Positions 37,890-51,463 of a DNA stretch of 64,000 nucleotides are shown here, in pieces (the stretch's first letter is position 1; the number at the start of each line of letters is the position of its first letter). Location of the stretch: assembly GCA_030390025.1 (NCBI GenBank), contig CM059433.1:27654001-27718000 (forward strand), given 5' to 3'. Origin of the DNA: Squalus acanthias (Eukaryota). The notes below the pieces were generated by a model that saw only the letters and a program-made list of their open reading frames with translations, was not told the origin of the DNA and made no database searches. Position numbers and translations under genes: made by a program.

Positions 37890-38200
37890 CTCCCAATGGT
37901 TCAGCGCGTGGGATCGTACGGGGCCGGGTGGAGCAGGGAGGTCGTAAGTTCAATCCCCGGTCTGTGCTGAGCTATCAGATTTCAGCCAAGGTGGCAGAGG
38001 AGTATTAAAAATAACCTCCGTGTCTCCGGGCTAAGGGAAACTCAAAGGTCCACTGGGACACTCACTCCTGAGTGTTATCAGATAGCCCTTGCTGGAAAAT
38101 AAGTGTGTGTGTGTGTCTGCGTGTGTTGTGCATGTGGCGATGTCAGGTGAGGAGAAATCAGGTCCAGTTGTTAAATTTCCCTCCCTGGCTAACAGCAATC
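37890..38200 (+). mobile_element. Old tRNA-derived SINE (related degenerate copies near 33250-33530, 44200-44530, 53550-53710, 56760-57100)
   Basis: A/B-box-like tggttcag...gttcaatccccggtctgtgctgag; recurring ccttgctggaaa core. Confidence 0.5.
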
Positions 38201-38973
38201 AAGTAAATTGGAAGGTCACACCGTACATTAGAGACAGCAAAACACATTTTTACTCAAGTATTTTATTAGATAACAAAATGTCATAAATGGGGATGTTATG
38301 CATTAATCTTACTTTTACTGCAGATTATCAGGGTAGAGAGGGAATTTAGTAACAGGTGCACACTCATGCACTAGAACAGAGGGGATTTGATACAAATATT
38401 CAAATGATGAAATTAAAAGCAAATATGTTGGAAACACTCAGCTGGTCAGCTAGCATCCATGGAGAGAAAGGACAAGTTATATTTCAGGGGTAGACACTTC
38501 ATCAGGAAGAGTTCATTTCCCATTTTTGTTTCAGATTTCCAGCCCCTACAGTTTTTTTTAGTAAATTACGAGGGGTTTTGATAAGGTAAACAGGGGAAAA
38601 CTATTTCCATCGGTCAGTGAGGCATTAGATTATAAGGTACAAGATTAGCAGCACAACAACAAAGGGAGAAGTTAGGAGAGATTTGTTTCCTTCACGCAGA
38701 GGATTGACAGGACGTGGAATACCCTACCCGGGGTGGAAGAAATATGTAACAGGGTTTGGGGAAAGGGCAGGAGAATGGGGATCGCTCTTTCAGAGAGCTA
38801 GCAGAAATACAATGAGCCAAATGAGCCCCTTCTTCAGCTGTACATGACTACGTTAAAGGCACTATATAAATGCAAGTTGTTGTTGTTGTTGTACAGGAGT
38901 ATGATTCTAAGAGGCTTGAGAAATAGAGGCGCTCTCTTGCATCAGACATTGCAAGGAGTTTATCAAGACTCAC

Positions 38974-39136
38974 TTGAGGAGAGGATTCCATCAATAAATT
39001 CTTGTCTTGTGATCTTCCCGTCTTGATCTTTATCAATGCGCCTGAAGAAGTCCATTACTCTGGACTTCTTGTGGTTCATCCATCGCATGTACCTCTTTCG
39101 CCAAACATCAAAATCAAAGTTTGCAAACTCTCTCAG
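38974..39136 (-). CDS. DST: Dystonin coding exon, EF-hand 1 ([54 protein letters not shown])
   Basis: Acceptor ttacag, donor A|gtgagt; 163 nt; EF loop [12 protein letters not shown]. Confidence 0.97.
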
Positions 39137-40105
39137 CTGTAAGAGAATCAAGGTCGTAGTCAACCTCCCGCAAATTTCACTTTCGAAAAAAATAAGCTTT
39201 GTGCGTCTATAATCTCAATAAAATTACTTTGGCAGAGTTTAATGGGTAAATCCACAAATTAGCTGCTTCCCCTTCCCTCCCAAGGTGAAAAAAAATCCAC
39301 TGCACAAACAGCCTAGAAAGACTTGGAAGAATAACTAGTGCAGTGAGATACTATCAGAAACACAACACAAATTCTAGTTGGAGCAGGTTACAAGACCATT
39401 TCTTTTTTTGAAAAAAGCATTCCTTAAATATTTAAGGCAAAAAGTATTTGAATTTATAATATTTTTATTATGAAGGAACCAGCTAGTTTGCCAAATAAAG
39501 TAAGCAAGCCCAACAAAGCATTTTAATTGCTCTTATATAAACATTAAAATGTTCCAGTTGTATGATTAGAGTAGGCATTTGCTATGCATAATTAAACCCA
39601 TTATTTACCAGCTTTAATCTTTGCAACAGAGAGTTCTGCATACATAAATTAGTGGAAAAAAGGTCACTTATTGGTAAGTTATCAGGGCTGACATCTGTGC
39701 TGAATCTACTTTTCACAACATGTAATGTTAGTCAGAAAACATTGCATATAATCCAACTAAGCAAGCTATACTCAAGATTTATACAATTCTCTTTAAAAAA
39801 AATGTAATGCTAAAATAGGATCAGGGAAAAATATCCAGGAGCTGCCCGTATGGCTTATTTGGTAAAATCCATGGCTCATTTCAACATGGAGCAAGTTACT
39901 GAAGTAGCAAATAGTGTTTACCATCAGTTAATAAATGATGCCATTTCCACATTCAAAAGGCTTGATTTTACATTGAAAAGATTATCAACATCACAACTGT
40001 ATTGCTTTGTCAATGTAAAATCTTCAGAATGGTTTTATTCCATTTGAGTGAATGCAGGCTTAACCTTCCATTCAATTTTTCAAACTGTAAGTTTAAAAGG
40101 TTTAC

Positions 40106-40266
40106 CTCCTCCAGCCTGTCCAGTGCGTCGTTGAGTTTCCGTCGCCTGTCCAGAGCCAACAACCACACCTGCTGCCACTTACTAACAAGGAGGTTAGCTC
40201 GTGGGTTTTTAGTCTCAATGGTCTGCGTTGCAGGCGAATACAGAGCCCGTGCCGGGAATCGTTTCC
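40106..40266 (-). CDS. DST: Dystonin coding exon, (R)[53 protein letters not shown]
   Basis: Acceptor cttgtag, donor GAG|gtaaac; 161 nt, phase 1 to 0. Confidence 0.95.
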
Positions 40267-40977
40267 CTACAAGAGAAGCCACAGCAGGCCGTCAATGATA
40301 GTTCAATGGCAGGATGATTTCAACTCGGATCTGGCTTGCTGCTTACATTCATAGAGTGGAACCTCAGTTATCCACCATAAACACGAGCCCCCACCCCAGC
40401 AAATAACAAAACTTGGCAGATACGAGTCCCATTAAATTAAACAACAAGAGAATAAAACAGCACAAGAACAAACCCAACGACCCCACAAGACCACATACAG
40501 CGAAGATGTAATTTTTTTTTTGAAGTAATTACTTTGTAAAGTTTTGAGAAATCAATTTATAAGAACATACTCTGTGCTGTTGAAGTTCTGTGCTAGGATG
40601 AAACACACCGACACTAAATTGCTCCTATTCCTGTACACCCTTTTTGCACGGAATAGCTTTTAACATTGAAGTGAAAGGCACACAGAATCTAAAATTCCTG
40701 TATAAACTGTACAGTTCAATTTGTAGGTTTCACATCATTCGGAAAGCCACTTGGAATGTAATACATGCTGATAATTAGTTAAAATTATCTGATAATTCAA
40801 TTTCTTAACCTCTAATTTTTCACTTAATTCAAATTATTGAATAATTTTTCCGGGTAAAAATGACTTCAAATTATTGGAGGTAGACTGCATCTCATGTAGA
40901 GCTGTTACAATATAGGAAAATGGTTCTGAAAAATGCAGTAGACTTTGTTTCCAGTTTTACAGCTTAAAGATTAAGAT

Positions 40978-41278
40978 TGCCAAGGCTTCTTCGACAGCAC
41001 CTCCCAAACCCATGACCTCTACCACCCAGAAGGACAAGGACAGCAGGCGCATGGGAACACTGCCACCTCCAAGTCACACACTATCCTGACTTGGAAGTAT
41101 ATCGCCGTTCCTTCGTCGTCACTGGGTCAAAATCCTGGAGCTCCCTCCATAACAGCACTGTGGGAGTACCTTCACCACATGGACTGCAGTGGTTCAAGAA
41201 GGTGGCTCACCACCACCTTCTCAAGGGCAATTAGGGATGGTCAATAAATTCTGGTCTTACCATCGAAGCTCACATCAA
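40978..41278 (+). mobile_element. 3' end of another CR1/L2-group LINE
   Basis: Encodes KSWSSLHNSTVGVPSPHGLQWFKKVAHHHLLKGN*, a LINE ORF2 C-terminus, followed by AATAAA. Confidence 0.6.
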
Positions 41279-43284
41279 AAAATAAAATTTTAAAAAGGCC
41301 ATAAAAGGTGAGTTTACACACTGGTGAAAGTGCTTCACACTGCCCTATTCACTTACCCGTGAGCTTGGTTGTATAACCAGAGTGGAATACTACTGGCACA
41401 GTCTACCAGTGGAAATCAACCCCTTTCAAACATTAGGACATCTGCAACATGTAGGCAGGGCCAGGTCAACATTCTATAAGGAATTATAGAATCTCTGTCC
41501 TTATACACATGGTAAAGTGTATCCACAGGCCACACACGCCACGACAATACCAACAGTGTAATCAGCCATACGCATACAGAAAACAAGCAAAGGTCAGAAG
41601 TCAAATAAAACTTATTTAGCAGGTAAATGAAATTTAATAAACAGAAGTAAGATTTTATATTCACTTCTTATAAATAGGAACATTATTCATTAAACAAGTT
41701 GACAAATGTGTTTCTTTGTTGACTTCACATCCGCAAAATTGTCCTCACCAAGCCAATCACTCTCCATATGCTTTATGTTGAAGGCATTCAACCTCTTTGC
41801 CTCTCATCCTTGATCAATTCAAGCTGGAGCATGAGCTCTCTCCCAATAACATTACACAACAGCTGAGCTGGTGGGACACCCAACTGGAGGGTCTTCATGT
41901 GAACAACAAAGTTGACTTTTTAAAATAAAAAGAATGGAAGCAAATTTCTGTATATAATTTTCTTCTACAATATGGGAGAACATTCTGAATAAAATGAACT
42001 GTTCTAGACTTTACTTCCATGTTATGCTAATCTATATTAGCTTTAGGAAACGTTTGAACTGCACACTTACAGATGGGTGTTAAATGATAATGATCTATGT
42101 TGCAATGCAATTATGTGTTATAGGTGTGTCATGGGCACATGTGCTGCCTATGCAGACTGACACAAAAATGAAGTTTTAAGAGTTTTGTTTTAAATAGTTT
42201 GGGTGCATTTTGCAATCAGGGAGAAACATTAGGGTTTGGAATTTGACTATGTACTTTTTTTTTTTAAGGCACCCAGTGCCAGCATCAAACAGTCCCGGAC
42301 CAGGTTTACCATGGGTTAGATACAGAGGAAAACACCCTCTATTCTGCCTCAACCTCAGATCAACCCATGCTGCCCCAGTGTAGTGCTCTCCATTCTCCAC
42401 ACCTGTCACCTTGCAGTCTTTGCGTGCAATTGCCTATTTAGTGTCAAGTAGCTGCAAATTATGGTCAGTTTTCTGCCGTTGTGCCATGCCCACTAGAAGT
42501 TGGGTCCAAACTTCTGAAACACATTTCACAGAGGGCTGTTACAGCCAGCAGAAAGAGACGACTTTCATTCCATCGGTCTGGGCTGGATTTGACCCAGGTT
42601 CCAGTGGCGAAATCGATTTTATATCTGAGGAGGTAATGCTCCAATGGAGCGCAGGTATCCTGCACCCTTATGCCATAGTCCTCCCCAGGCCAAACGCTTC
42701 TCCACTCGACAGGCCACTGCTACTCTTTCTCTTAGCCAGCTACAGGGATATTTGATCCAATTTTCCTTTCCTCTTGCAAAGACAGACCCAGCATCTCGCT
42801 GCATCGTTTGACGGAGGTGAGTAACCAACAATACGGTTCCTCGAAAACACACCCAACCATGCTCTGATCTGCAGCACCATCGCATTGGTCAGAATTTGCT
42901 GTGGCCAGGCATCTAATGGCAGAGAGTCATAACGGCACAGAAGGAGGCCATTCAGCCCATTGAGTCCGTGCCGGCTCTCTGTAGAGCAATCCAGTCAGTC
43001 CCATTCCCCCGCTCTATCCCCGTAGCCCTGCAAGTTTATTTCCCTCAAGTCTCCCCTTGAAAACATTGAGTGTATCCGCGTCCACCACTTCCGTCGGCAG
43101 CGAATTCCAGGTCATCACCACTCGCTGCGTAAAAAGGTTTTTCCTCACATCCCCCCACTGTATCTCTTGCCCAAAATCTTAAATCTGTGTCCCCTAGTCC
43201 TAGTACCATCAACTAGTGGGAACAGCCTTTCCCCATCTAGCCTATCCAAACCCGTCATAATCTTGTACACCTCTATCTGTCAAT

Positions 43285-43871
43285 AGTTAGACTTGCTCTT
43301 ACACATTTAGGTTTTTAAATTTTTCCAAGTGGCAAGTTGCTGAATGTGAGAGCTGATAACGTCACAGCGAGGGAAACCGGGCATCTGGAACCCGAGTGAA
43401 CAGGGCAAATAACTCTGTATCTCATTAACCAATCAAATCGAAGGAATGTGACATTTTACATTTTTAAAATCTCCAACAATTAAAACCTGAAGGAATGAGA
43501 CTCCACATTTGTAATAGTTAATTTTTAGTACCAGAGAGGTTGACTTGTAGTAATTGACAATTATCACGTCGTTAAAAGGGTACTCAGCCTTGAAATGACA
43601 AGACAAGACAATTTTCTGTGGTGAGTTTAGTTCCTATCTACCGCGCAAATCCAGCAACTTCACGCCATTCAATACACTTGAACGCCGAGGCAGACAGCGA
43701 GATGCCGTTTTTGCGAAGCTAACAGTGGAGTGGCGCAACTCGGACAGCAACTTTTGGATTTTTGGGTTTAACCGGGCAAGTGCCCCTCACCTGAAGTTGC
43801 TGTACCATTTGCGCCTAAATAACGGCGAACACCATTAGCTTCACCGTTATTTTGACACCAAATTCTGGGCC
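43285..43871. mobile_element. Partial Harbinger-like non-autonomous element
   Basis: Ends in AAATTCTGGGCC like the family B TIR and is CpG-rich. Left end not found. Confidence 0.5.
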
Positions 43872-43979
43872 ATTATTGAAGGTTCGCTTTACATTCAAGC
43901 CCAAAATAGAAGTCATTGAAAATGAGCAAAAGCTACGATGTAAAATGATATTTAGACAGAAACTCGGATCGACGCTTAC

Positions 43980-44106
43980 TTGACCTTCCTTTGTCTATGA
44001 CAGGAATGTGGGATGAGATCTGGGTCGGCTCCGCAGCTTTCCTCTTGTACGTCTTTGTTACTTTATCCACATCTGGCTGCTTTCTGGTCATTTCTTCCAT
44101 GAAAGT
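43980..44106 (-). CDS. DST: Dystonin coding exon, [42 protein letters not shown]
   Basis: Read by hand. Acceptor ccccag, donor A|gtaagc; 127 nt, phase 0 to 1. Confidence 0.93.
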
Positions 44107-44700
44107 CTGGGGTTAAAAGTTCCTTATTTATTAAAACGTGGTGGCATTATTGGCTCGAGAACCTTTCCCTCCTCTCAATGTTCTTCCCTCCTCTTAAACA
44201 GGGGTAAGGTTACACTTGGTGGGCTGGGAGCAGCTCTATTTCTACAGCTCATCCAAGAGATTACTCTTCACATATGAGCCTAAATGGGGATTGTTGCCAG
44301 TCTACCTGATCACCGGGAGTGGGGCACCATTTCCAAGCCAAAGCCTGCTCTCATTGGACATCCACACATGCCTATTCCAACAAGCATGCCTGGAAAATGA
44401 TCGAAAGGAGGCACTTTGACTGACTTCCCCCTCCCTAATTCAGGGGTGCGGACACCATTACCACTATACTACCCCAAACTTCGCACAGACTGGATTTCGA
44501 AGCTGCGGCCTTCCTGAACTGCATGTCTCAATTCCAGAGACTTCAAGGGAACTGTCTGGCACAATGAATGAGGAAGAATTCTGCACTATATCACCCAGGT
44601 AAAATGTATATCAATTTTATACTCTTCTCTAAACATCTAGCATAGGCCTATGGATATTATTAAATGCACAAGTTCACATCCCAATTTTGGTGGCGATTAC

Positions 44701-44889
44701 CTGGTGCTCAGCAATAAGTGTTTTGACTTCTTCGATCTCCTGTGGAACTGGTTCTTGGTCTCTCTGAGTGAGTATTGTCTCCGCCCACTGTAACCAGCCC
44801 AACAGGTTCTCCAGCAACTCCTGATTAGCAATAACGTCTGCGAGGGCTGCTTCCAGTCGCAATTGATGCTGTTTAGCCCATGCAGTTAC
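44701..44889 (-). CDS. DST: Dystonin coding exon, [16 protein letters not shown]...[13 protein letters not shown]
   Basis: Acceptor atcag, donor CAG|gtaatc; 189 nt = 63 codons. Confidence 0.95.
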
Positions 44890-45971
44890 CTGATATTTTA
44901 CATAAAAACAAAGCATTAAAAAGAAACTCTCGAGTTTGAAGAACGATTTGAAAATGTACGCTTTTCTTTTTGCTGTTCCACAATAGCACTTTACAACACC
45001 AACAAGCTAATATATATTGATTTCAGAAAGCTGGTGCAGTAGATCATGCTGCATAACATGAGGAAGAATGGAAAGGGAAATGACTATTCAGCACATCGAC
45101 CCTGTCCTTCAACAAACCACATACAATCCACTCATGGCAGCCTTGACTGGCTACCTTATTAGGCATTCCCACGGTCCCCTTAGGTTGGGAAATGTTGCCA
45201 TCCACACAGCGTTGGATCACTTGCCTCTGTTATTGCTCCCCATTTGTGTTGACTGACGCAGCATTAGCTGCTCACATGGAGCAGAAGGAGAATGGTCTAC
45301 AGGGCCACAGTTCACCGCACAGCAAGAGAATAAATCAACTAAAAAAAATTGAGTGACAAATCGACCCACAGTACTCCTTCACACCTCGCAGCAGCACTGG
45401 TAGGTGTCTGGGAGCAGGCTGCTCCTGGAACGATATATGCCCAGGTAAGGGGTGGAGAAGAGCGAGGAAAAGCCAGGAGCTAGAACTTGAAACATAACAC
45501 ATCACTGCAGCAGGGAGAGAGAGGGAGGTGTGGGGCAGGTATTTCTCTCTTCAAGCGCCCCAGTTTTTGGGGGGTACTGATTGTGCCCACCTCTCCAAAT
45601 TATAAACGGTGGGGTTGCCACCAATGATTTCCACAACAGAACGATAATTGGGGCTGGGGGTGGGCGGGCAGGGGTAAAATGGGCGGACAATCCGCTACTG
45701 CTACTGAAAATTCACCCGAGTCTTTTAAGTCTCTGTGTGTTTTAAGTGTGTGTACAGCATGTGTGTTTTATTATGTACAACTATATACATATATGCAGAC
45801 ATATATTATACACAAATACGTAGTAAAGGGATAAATTGCAACTAATGGGTTAATGCATTCCACAATGCCCTGGTGACTCAAATTCTACAACAGTCCATTT
45901 TTCTGCTACATTTAAAAGTAATTTGAACTGTATGCAGCGACTCTATCACATCTCTACTTCAAATTAGTCAC

Positions 45972-46115
45972 CTCTTCGAATCTGGCTCGGATTATTGTGA
46001 TCCAATGCTTGATGGTCGTGATGGAGTCTGGGTGGCAGATCGACAGGATAGCCTCTCCCATACCCACTGACAAATTCAGCTCAATCATCTTCGCTTCCAG
46101 TTTCCTCACAAACTC
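45972..46115 (-). CDS. DST: Dystonin coding exon, [48 protein letters not shown]
   Basis: Acceptor ttttttgaag, donor GAG|gtgact; 144 nt = 48 codons. Confidence 0.95.
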
Positions 46116-46759
46116 CTTCAAAAAAACAAAAGTCAAATCAGTCACCAGTGCCAGATTGAAGATCTGCTCTGCAAATCACCAGTTGCACTCAATAAAACAC
46201 TTCGGGATCCTATTTTTGCATGCTAGGAAAAAAATAGGATTATCTTTTCACATGCAGAAGACTAAATTTAGAACCAAGTGTTTAGATTATTTCCTTCACA
46301 ACGTGTCAGCTGTGGCTCAGTGGTTGCACTCTTTGCCACTGGCTCACTGAGACTTGAGCACAAAAATCCAGTCCAGTGCAGTACTGAGGGAGTAGAAGTA
46401 CAGGTGAGTTATCCCCAGTGTCCTGGCCAATGTTTATCCCTCAACCAACATCATTAAAACAGATTATCTGGTCATTATCACATTGCTGTTTGTGGGACCT
46501 TACTGTGCACAAATTGGCTGTCATGTTTTCCTACATTATAACAGTAGGTACATTGAAAAAAAAAAACTACGTAATTGGCTGTAAAGCGCTTTGGGATGTC
46601 ATGAGGCCATGAAAGGGGCTATATAAATGCAAGTCTTTCTTTCTATAGTCATTCTTTATTTACTGGTTTCATTAAACTATTCCAGTTGTGGGCCTTAATT
46701 ACTACAAGCAGTAATACTGCCACAGGCACGACAGGCCAAATGGCCTCCTTCTGTGTGCG

Positions 46760-49700
46760 GTTTGAGCAGAGTGCTGGGAGTTGGGTGAGGAGTGGAAGGA
46801 GGAGCTCCCTTGCTTCGCCTTTGCTTTTCCTAATTTTTCACCCTGTAGGAATTGGTTCTTACTTTACACCAAGGAAAGAGTCCGAGAGCGGGAGCAGTCC
46901 AACAACAACAACTGCAAAACCCCTAAAGTGATGTCACAACCAGGGAAGGAGCTGATTAGAAATACTCACCAGGTCCTACTTACCACAGTCCAGTTGTTAA
47001 AATAAAAGTAAGGTCTCCAGTTTAGAGTAAGTAGTGTTTAAATATTCTTTAATTTAGAGGAAATAAAGGGAGTAAATTAAGGGTAGGACATGGGAGGGCA
47101 GCTCGGCAGCGTGGAGTGCTCCTCCTGTGCTATGTGGGAAGTCAGGGACACTTTCGGTATCTAGGGCAAACACGTGTGCAGGAAGTGTCTCCAGCTGCAG
47201 CTACTTGAAATCCGCGTTTCAGAGCTGGAGCTGCGGCTGGAGTCACTGTGGAGCATCCGCGAGGCTGAGATCTTCGTGGATAGCACGTTTAACGAGGTGG
47301 TCACACCGCAGGTAAAGAGTGCACAGGCAGAAAGGGAATGGGTGACCGCCAGACAGAGTAAAAGAACTAGGAAGGTAGTGCAGGAGTCCCCTGGGTCCCT
47401 CTCCCTCTCCAACAGATTTTCCATTTTGGATACTGCTAGGGGAGATGGTTTCTCAGGGGAATGCAGCAAGAGCCAAGTCTGTGGCACTACGAGTGGCTCA
47501 ACTGCACAGGAGGGGAGGAAAAAGAGTGGGAGAGCAATAGTGATAGGGGATTCTATCATAAGGGGAATAGATAGACGTTTCTGTGGCCGCAGACGTGACT
47601 CCAGGATGGTATGTTGCCTCCCTGGTGCCAGAGTCAAGGATGTCACTGAGTGGCTGCAGGACATTCTGAAGGGGGAGGGTGAACAGCCAGAGGTCGTGGT
47701 CCATATCGGTACCAACGACATAGGTAGAGGGACGAGGTCCTGCAAGCAGAATATAGGGAGCTAGGAAATAAATTAAAAAGCAGGACCTCAAAGCTAGTAA
47801 TCTCAGGATTACTCCCAGTGCCACGTGCGAGCGAGAGCAGAAATAGGAGAATGGACCAGATGAATGCGTGGCTGGAGAGATGGTGTAGGAGGGAGGGATT
47901 TAAATTCCTGAGGCATTGGGACCGATTCTGGGGAAGGTGGGACCTGTACAAGCTGGACAGGTTACTCCTCGGCAGAACCAGGACCAATGTCCTCGCAGGG
48001 GGGTTTGCTAGTGCTGTTGGGGGCTGGGAACCAAAGTGTGGGCACAGAACAGAGAAACAAAGCTGGAAGTGCAAGTTAGAAAAGTAGTCAGCAAAACTAG
48101 TAGGGAGCAGAAACAAAGGCCAACAGTAAAGAGGGTCAAAGTGCAGAAAAATATTAAACAGGCAAAGTTGAAGGCACTTTATCTAAATGCACGTAGCATT
48201 CGCAATAAGGTGGATGAATTAATGGCACAAATAGAAGTAAATGGGTATGATGTAATTGCTATTACAGAGACATGGTTGCAGGGTAACCAAAGCTGGGAAC
48301 TGAATGTTCCAGGGTACTCAACATTTAGGAAGGACAGACAAAAAGGAAAAGGAGGTGGCGTAGCGCTGTTAATAAGGGATGAGATCGGTATGGTAGAGAT
48401 AAAAGATCTTGGCTCGGCAGATCATGATGTAGAACTGGAATCAGTTTAGGTGGAGCTAAGAAACAGCAAAGGGCGGAAAACATTGGTGGGAGTTGTGTAT
48501 AGACCACCAAACAGTAGTGGTAATGTAGGGCACAGCATCAATCAAGAAATTAGAAGTGCATGTAACAAGGGCAATGCAGTAATCATGGGGGACTTTAATC
48601 TACATATTGACTGGGCAAATCAAATTACCACTAATGGTGTGGAGGACGAATTCTTAGAATGCATGCGAGATGGTTTCCTGGATCAGTATGTGGAGGAACC
48701 AACCAGGGAACAGGCTATTCTGAATCTGGTACTGTGTAATGAGAAAGGGCTGATCAATAATCTTGTGGTAAAGGGACCTTTAGGGACAAGTGACCATAAT
48801 ATGATTGAATTTTACATTAAGTTTGAGTGATGTAGTCCAAACTGAAACTAAGGTCTTCAATCTAAACAGAGGAAACTACAAGGGTATGAGGGACAAGTTG
48901 GCCGTGGTAGATTGGGAGACTACACTAAAAGGTATGAAGGTGGAAATACAATGGCTAACATTCAAGGAAATAATGCATAACGTGCAACAAACATATATTC
49001 CTCGAGGGCATAAAAACCCAAAAGGAAAAGTGATCCAACCATGGCTAACAAAAGAAATTAAAGCTAGTATTAAGTCAAAGGAGGAAGCTTATAAAGTTGT
49101 CAGAAAAAGCGGTCAGCCTGAGGATTGGGATCTTTTTAGAAATCAGCAAAGGGGGACCAAGAAACTGATAAAGAAAGGGAAAATGAAGTATGAGCACAAA
49201 CTAGCAAAATATAAAAACGGATTGTAAAAGCTTCTATAGGTATGTGAAAAGGAAAAGACTGCGAAGGTAAATGTAGGTCCTTTACAGTCAGAGACAGGAG
49301 AATTTATAATGGGGAATGAGGAACTGGCAGAGAAATGTAATAAATACTTTGTTTCTGTCTTCACGGAGGAAGACACAAAAAACCTCCCAAAAATACGAGA
49401 AAACCAAGGGCGTGGCGAGAATGAGGAACTTAAAGAAATTATTAGTAAAAAACACAGTACTAGCAAAATTAATGGGACTAAAAGTCGATAAATCCCAAGG
49501 ACCGGATGACCTACATCCTAGGGTTTTGAAAGAGGTGACCATTGGGATAGTGGATGCATTGGTTGTCATCTTCCAAAATTCTATAGATTCTGGAACGGTT
49601 CCTGCAGATTGGAGGATGGCAAATGTAACCCCGCTATTTAAGAAAGGAGGGAGAGAGAAAACTGGGAACTACAGACCTGTTAGCCTCACATCAGTAGTTG

Positions 49701-51045
49701 GAAAAATGCTAGAATCTATTATAAAGGATGCAATAACTGGGCATTTAGAAACTAATAGTAAGATTGGGCAGAGTCAACATGGATTTATGAAAGGGAAATC
49801 CTGTTTAACAAACCTATTGGAGTTCTTTGAGGATGTAACTAGTGGAGTAGACAAAGGGGAACCGGTAGATGTGGTGTATTTGGATTTTCAGAAGACCTTC
49901 GATAAGGTCCCACATAAGAGGTTGGGAAACAAAATTAAGGCACATGGAATTGGGGGTAATATACTAGCATTGATTGAGAATTGGTTAACAGACAGAAAAC
50001 AAAGAGTAGGGATAAACGGGTCTTTTTCAGGATGGCAGGCTGTGACTAATGGGGTACTGCAAGGATCGGTGCTTGGGCCCCAGCTATTCACAATCTATAT
50101 CAATGACTTGGATGAGGGGACTAAATGTAACATTTCCAAATTTGCTGATGATACAAAGCTAGGTGGCAGTGTCAGCTGCGAAGAGGAGGCGAAGAGGCTT
50201 CAAGGGGATCTCAACAGGCTCAGTGAGTGGGCGAGAACATGGCAGATGGAATACAATGTGGATAAACGTGAAGTTATCCACTTTGGGAGATAAAACAGAA
50301 AGGCAGAGTATTTCTTAAATGGTGAAAGATTGGGGAATGCAGATGCTCAAAAGGGACCTGGGTGTCCTTGTACATGAGTTACTGAAAGTGAATGTGCAGG
50401 TGCAGCAAGACATTAGGAAGGCAAATGGTATGCTGGCCTTCATTACAAGAGGATTTGAGTACAGGAGTAAAGAAGTCTTACTCCAATTATATAGGGCCTT
50501 GGTGAGACCACACCTGGAGTACTGTGTACAATTTTGGTCTCCTTACCTAAGGAAGGATATACTTGCCATAGAGGGAGTGCAACGAAGGTTCACGAGATTG
50601 ATTCCTGGGATGGCGGGACTGTCGTATGAGAAGAGATTGAGTAAACTAGGCCTGTATTCTCTTGAATTCAGAAGAACGAGAGGGGATCTCATAGAAGCAT
50701 ACAAAATTATTACAGGGCTTGATAGGATGGATGCTGAGAGAATGTTTCCCTTGGCTGGGGAGTCTAGAACCAGGGGCCACAGCCCCAAGATAAAGGGTAG
50801 GCCATTCAGGACTGAGATGAGAAGAAATTTCTTCACACAGAGGGTGGTGAATCTTTGGAATTCTCTACCCCAGAGGGCTGTGGATGCTCAGTCAGTGGGT
50901 ATATTCAAAACAGAAGTCGATAGATTTCTGACTAGTAAGGGCATCAAGGGATATGGCAATAGGGCCGGTGAATGGAGTTGAGGATGAAGATCAGCCATGA
51001 TCTCATTGAATGGCGGAGCAGGTTCGAAGGGCCGAATGGTCCTAC
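46760..51045 (+). mobile_element. Near-full-length CR1 LINE antisense in a DST intron (ORF1 about 47090-48030, ORF2 about 48160-50981, both disrupted)
   Basis: GDSIIR/HIGTND esterase, APE endonuclease, RT (YLDFQK, LQGSVLGP, FADDTK); several stops and frameshifts. Confidence 0.93.
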
Positions 51046-51463
51046 AGTCTCTCTTCTTCTTCACTCCTTCACTAGAGAGAAAAAACCCCACAATATCATT
51101 CCCTGACTAAAGAAAGAATTTGCATTTATATAGCACCTTGTGTCCTCAGGATGTCCCAAAGTGCTTCACTTCGAATGAATTATTTTGAAATGCAGTCACT
51201 GATGTCATGTAGGCAAAAACAGCAGCCAATCTGCAAGGACCCAACAAATCAAATAAACGACCAGTTAATCGGTGGGTTCTTTGGTGGTGCTGGTTGAGGG
51301 AGGGTTGTCGACTAAGATACTCGAACTCCCTACTCCTCTTCGAATGGGGCCATGAGCTCCAATCGGACTTGAGCCCACAATCTTCTGACTCGGAGGCGAG
51401 AACACAACCAGCTGAACCAAGCAGACTACTAGTTCAAAGTGGTTTGATGCTTCAAGAGATGTT

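Noticed and set aside
40340..40365. Donor-like AAT|GTAAGC upstream of exon 40106-40266
   Set aside because: The nearest AG gives a 16-nt frameshifting unit with no pyrimidine tract.
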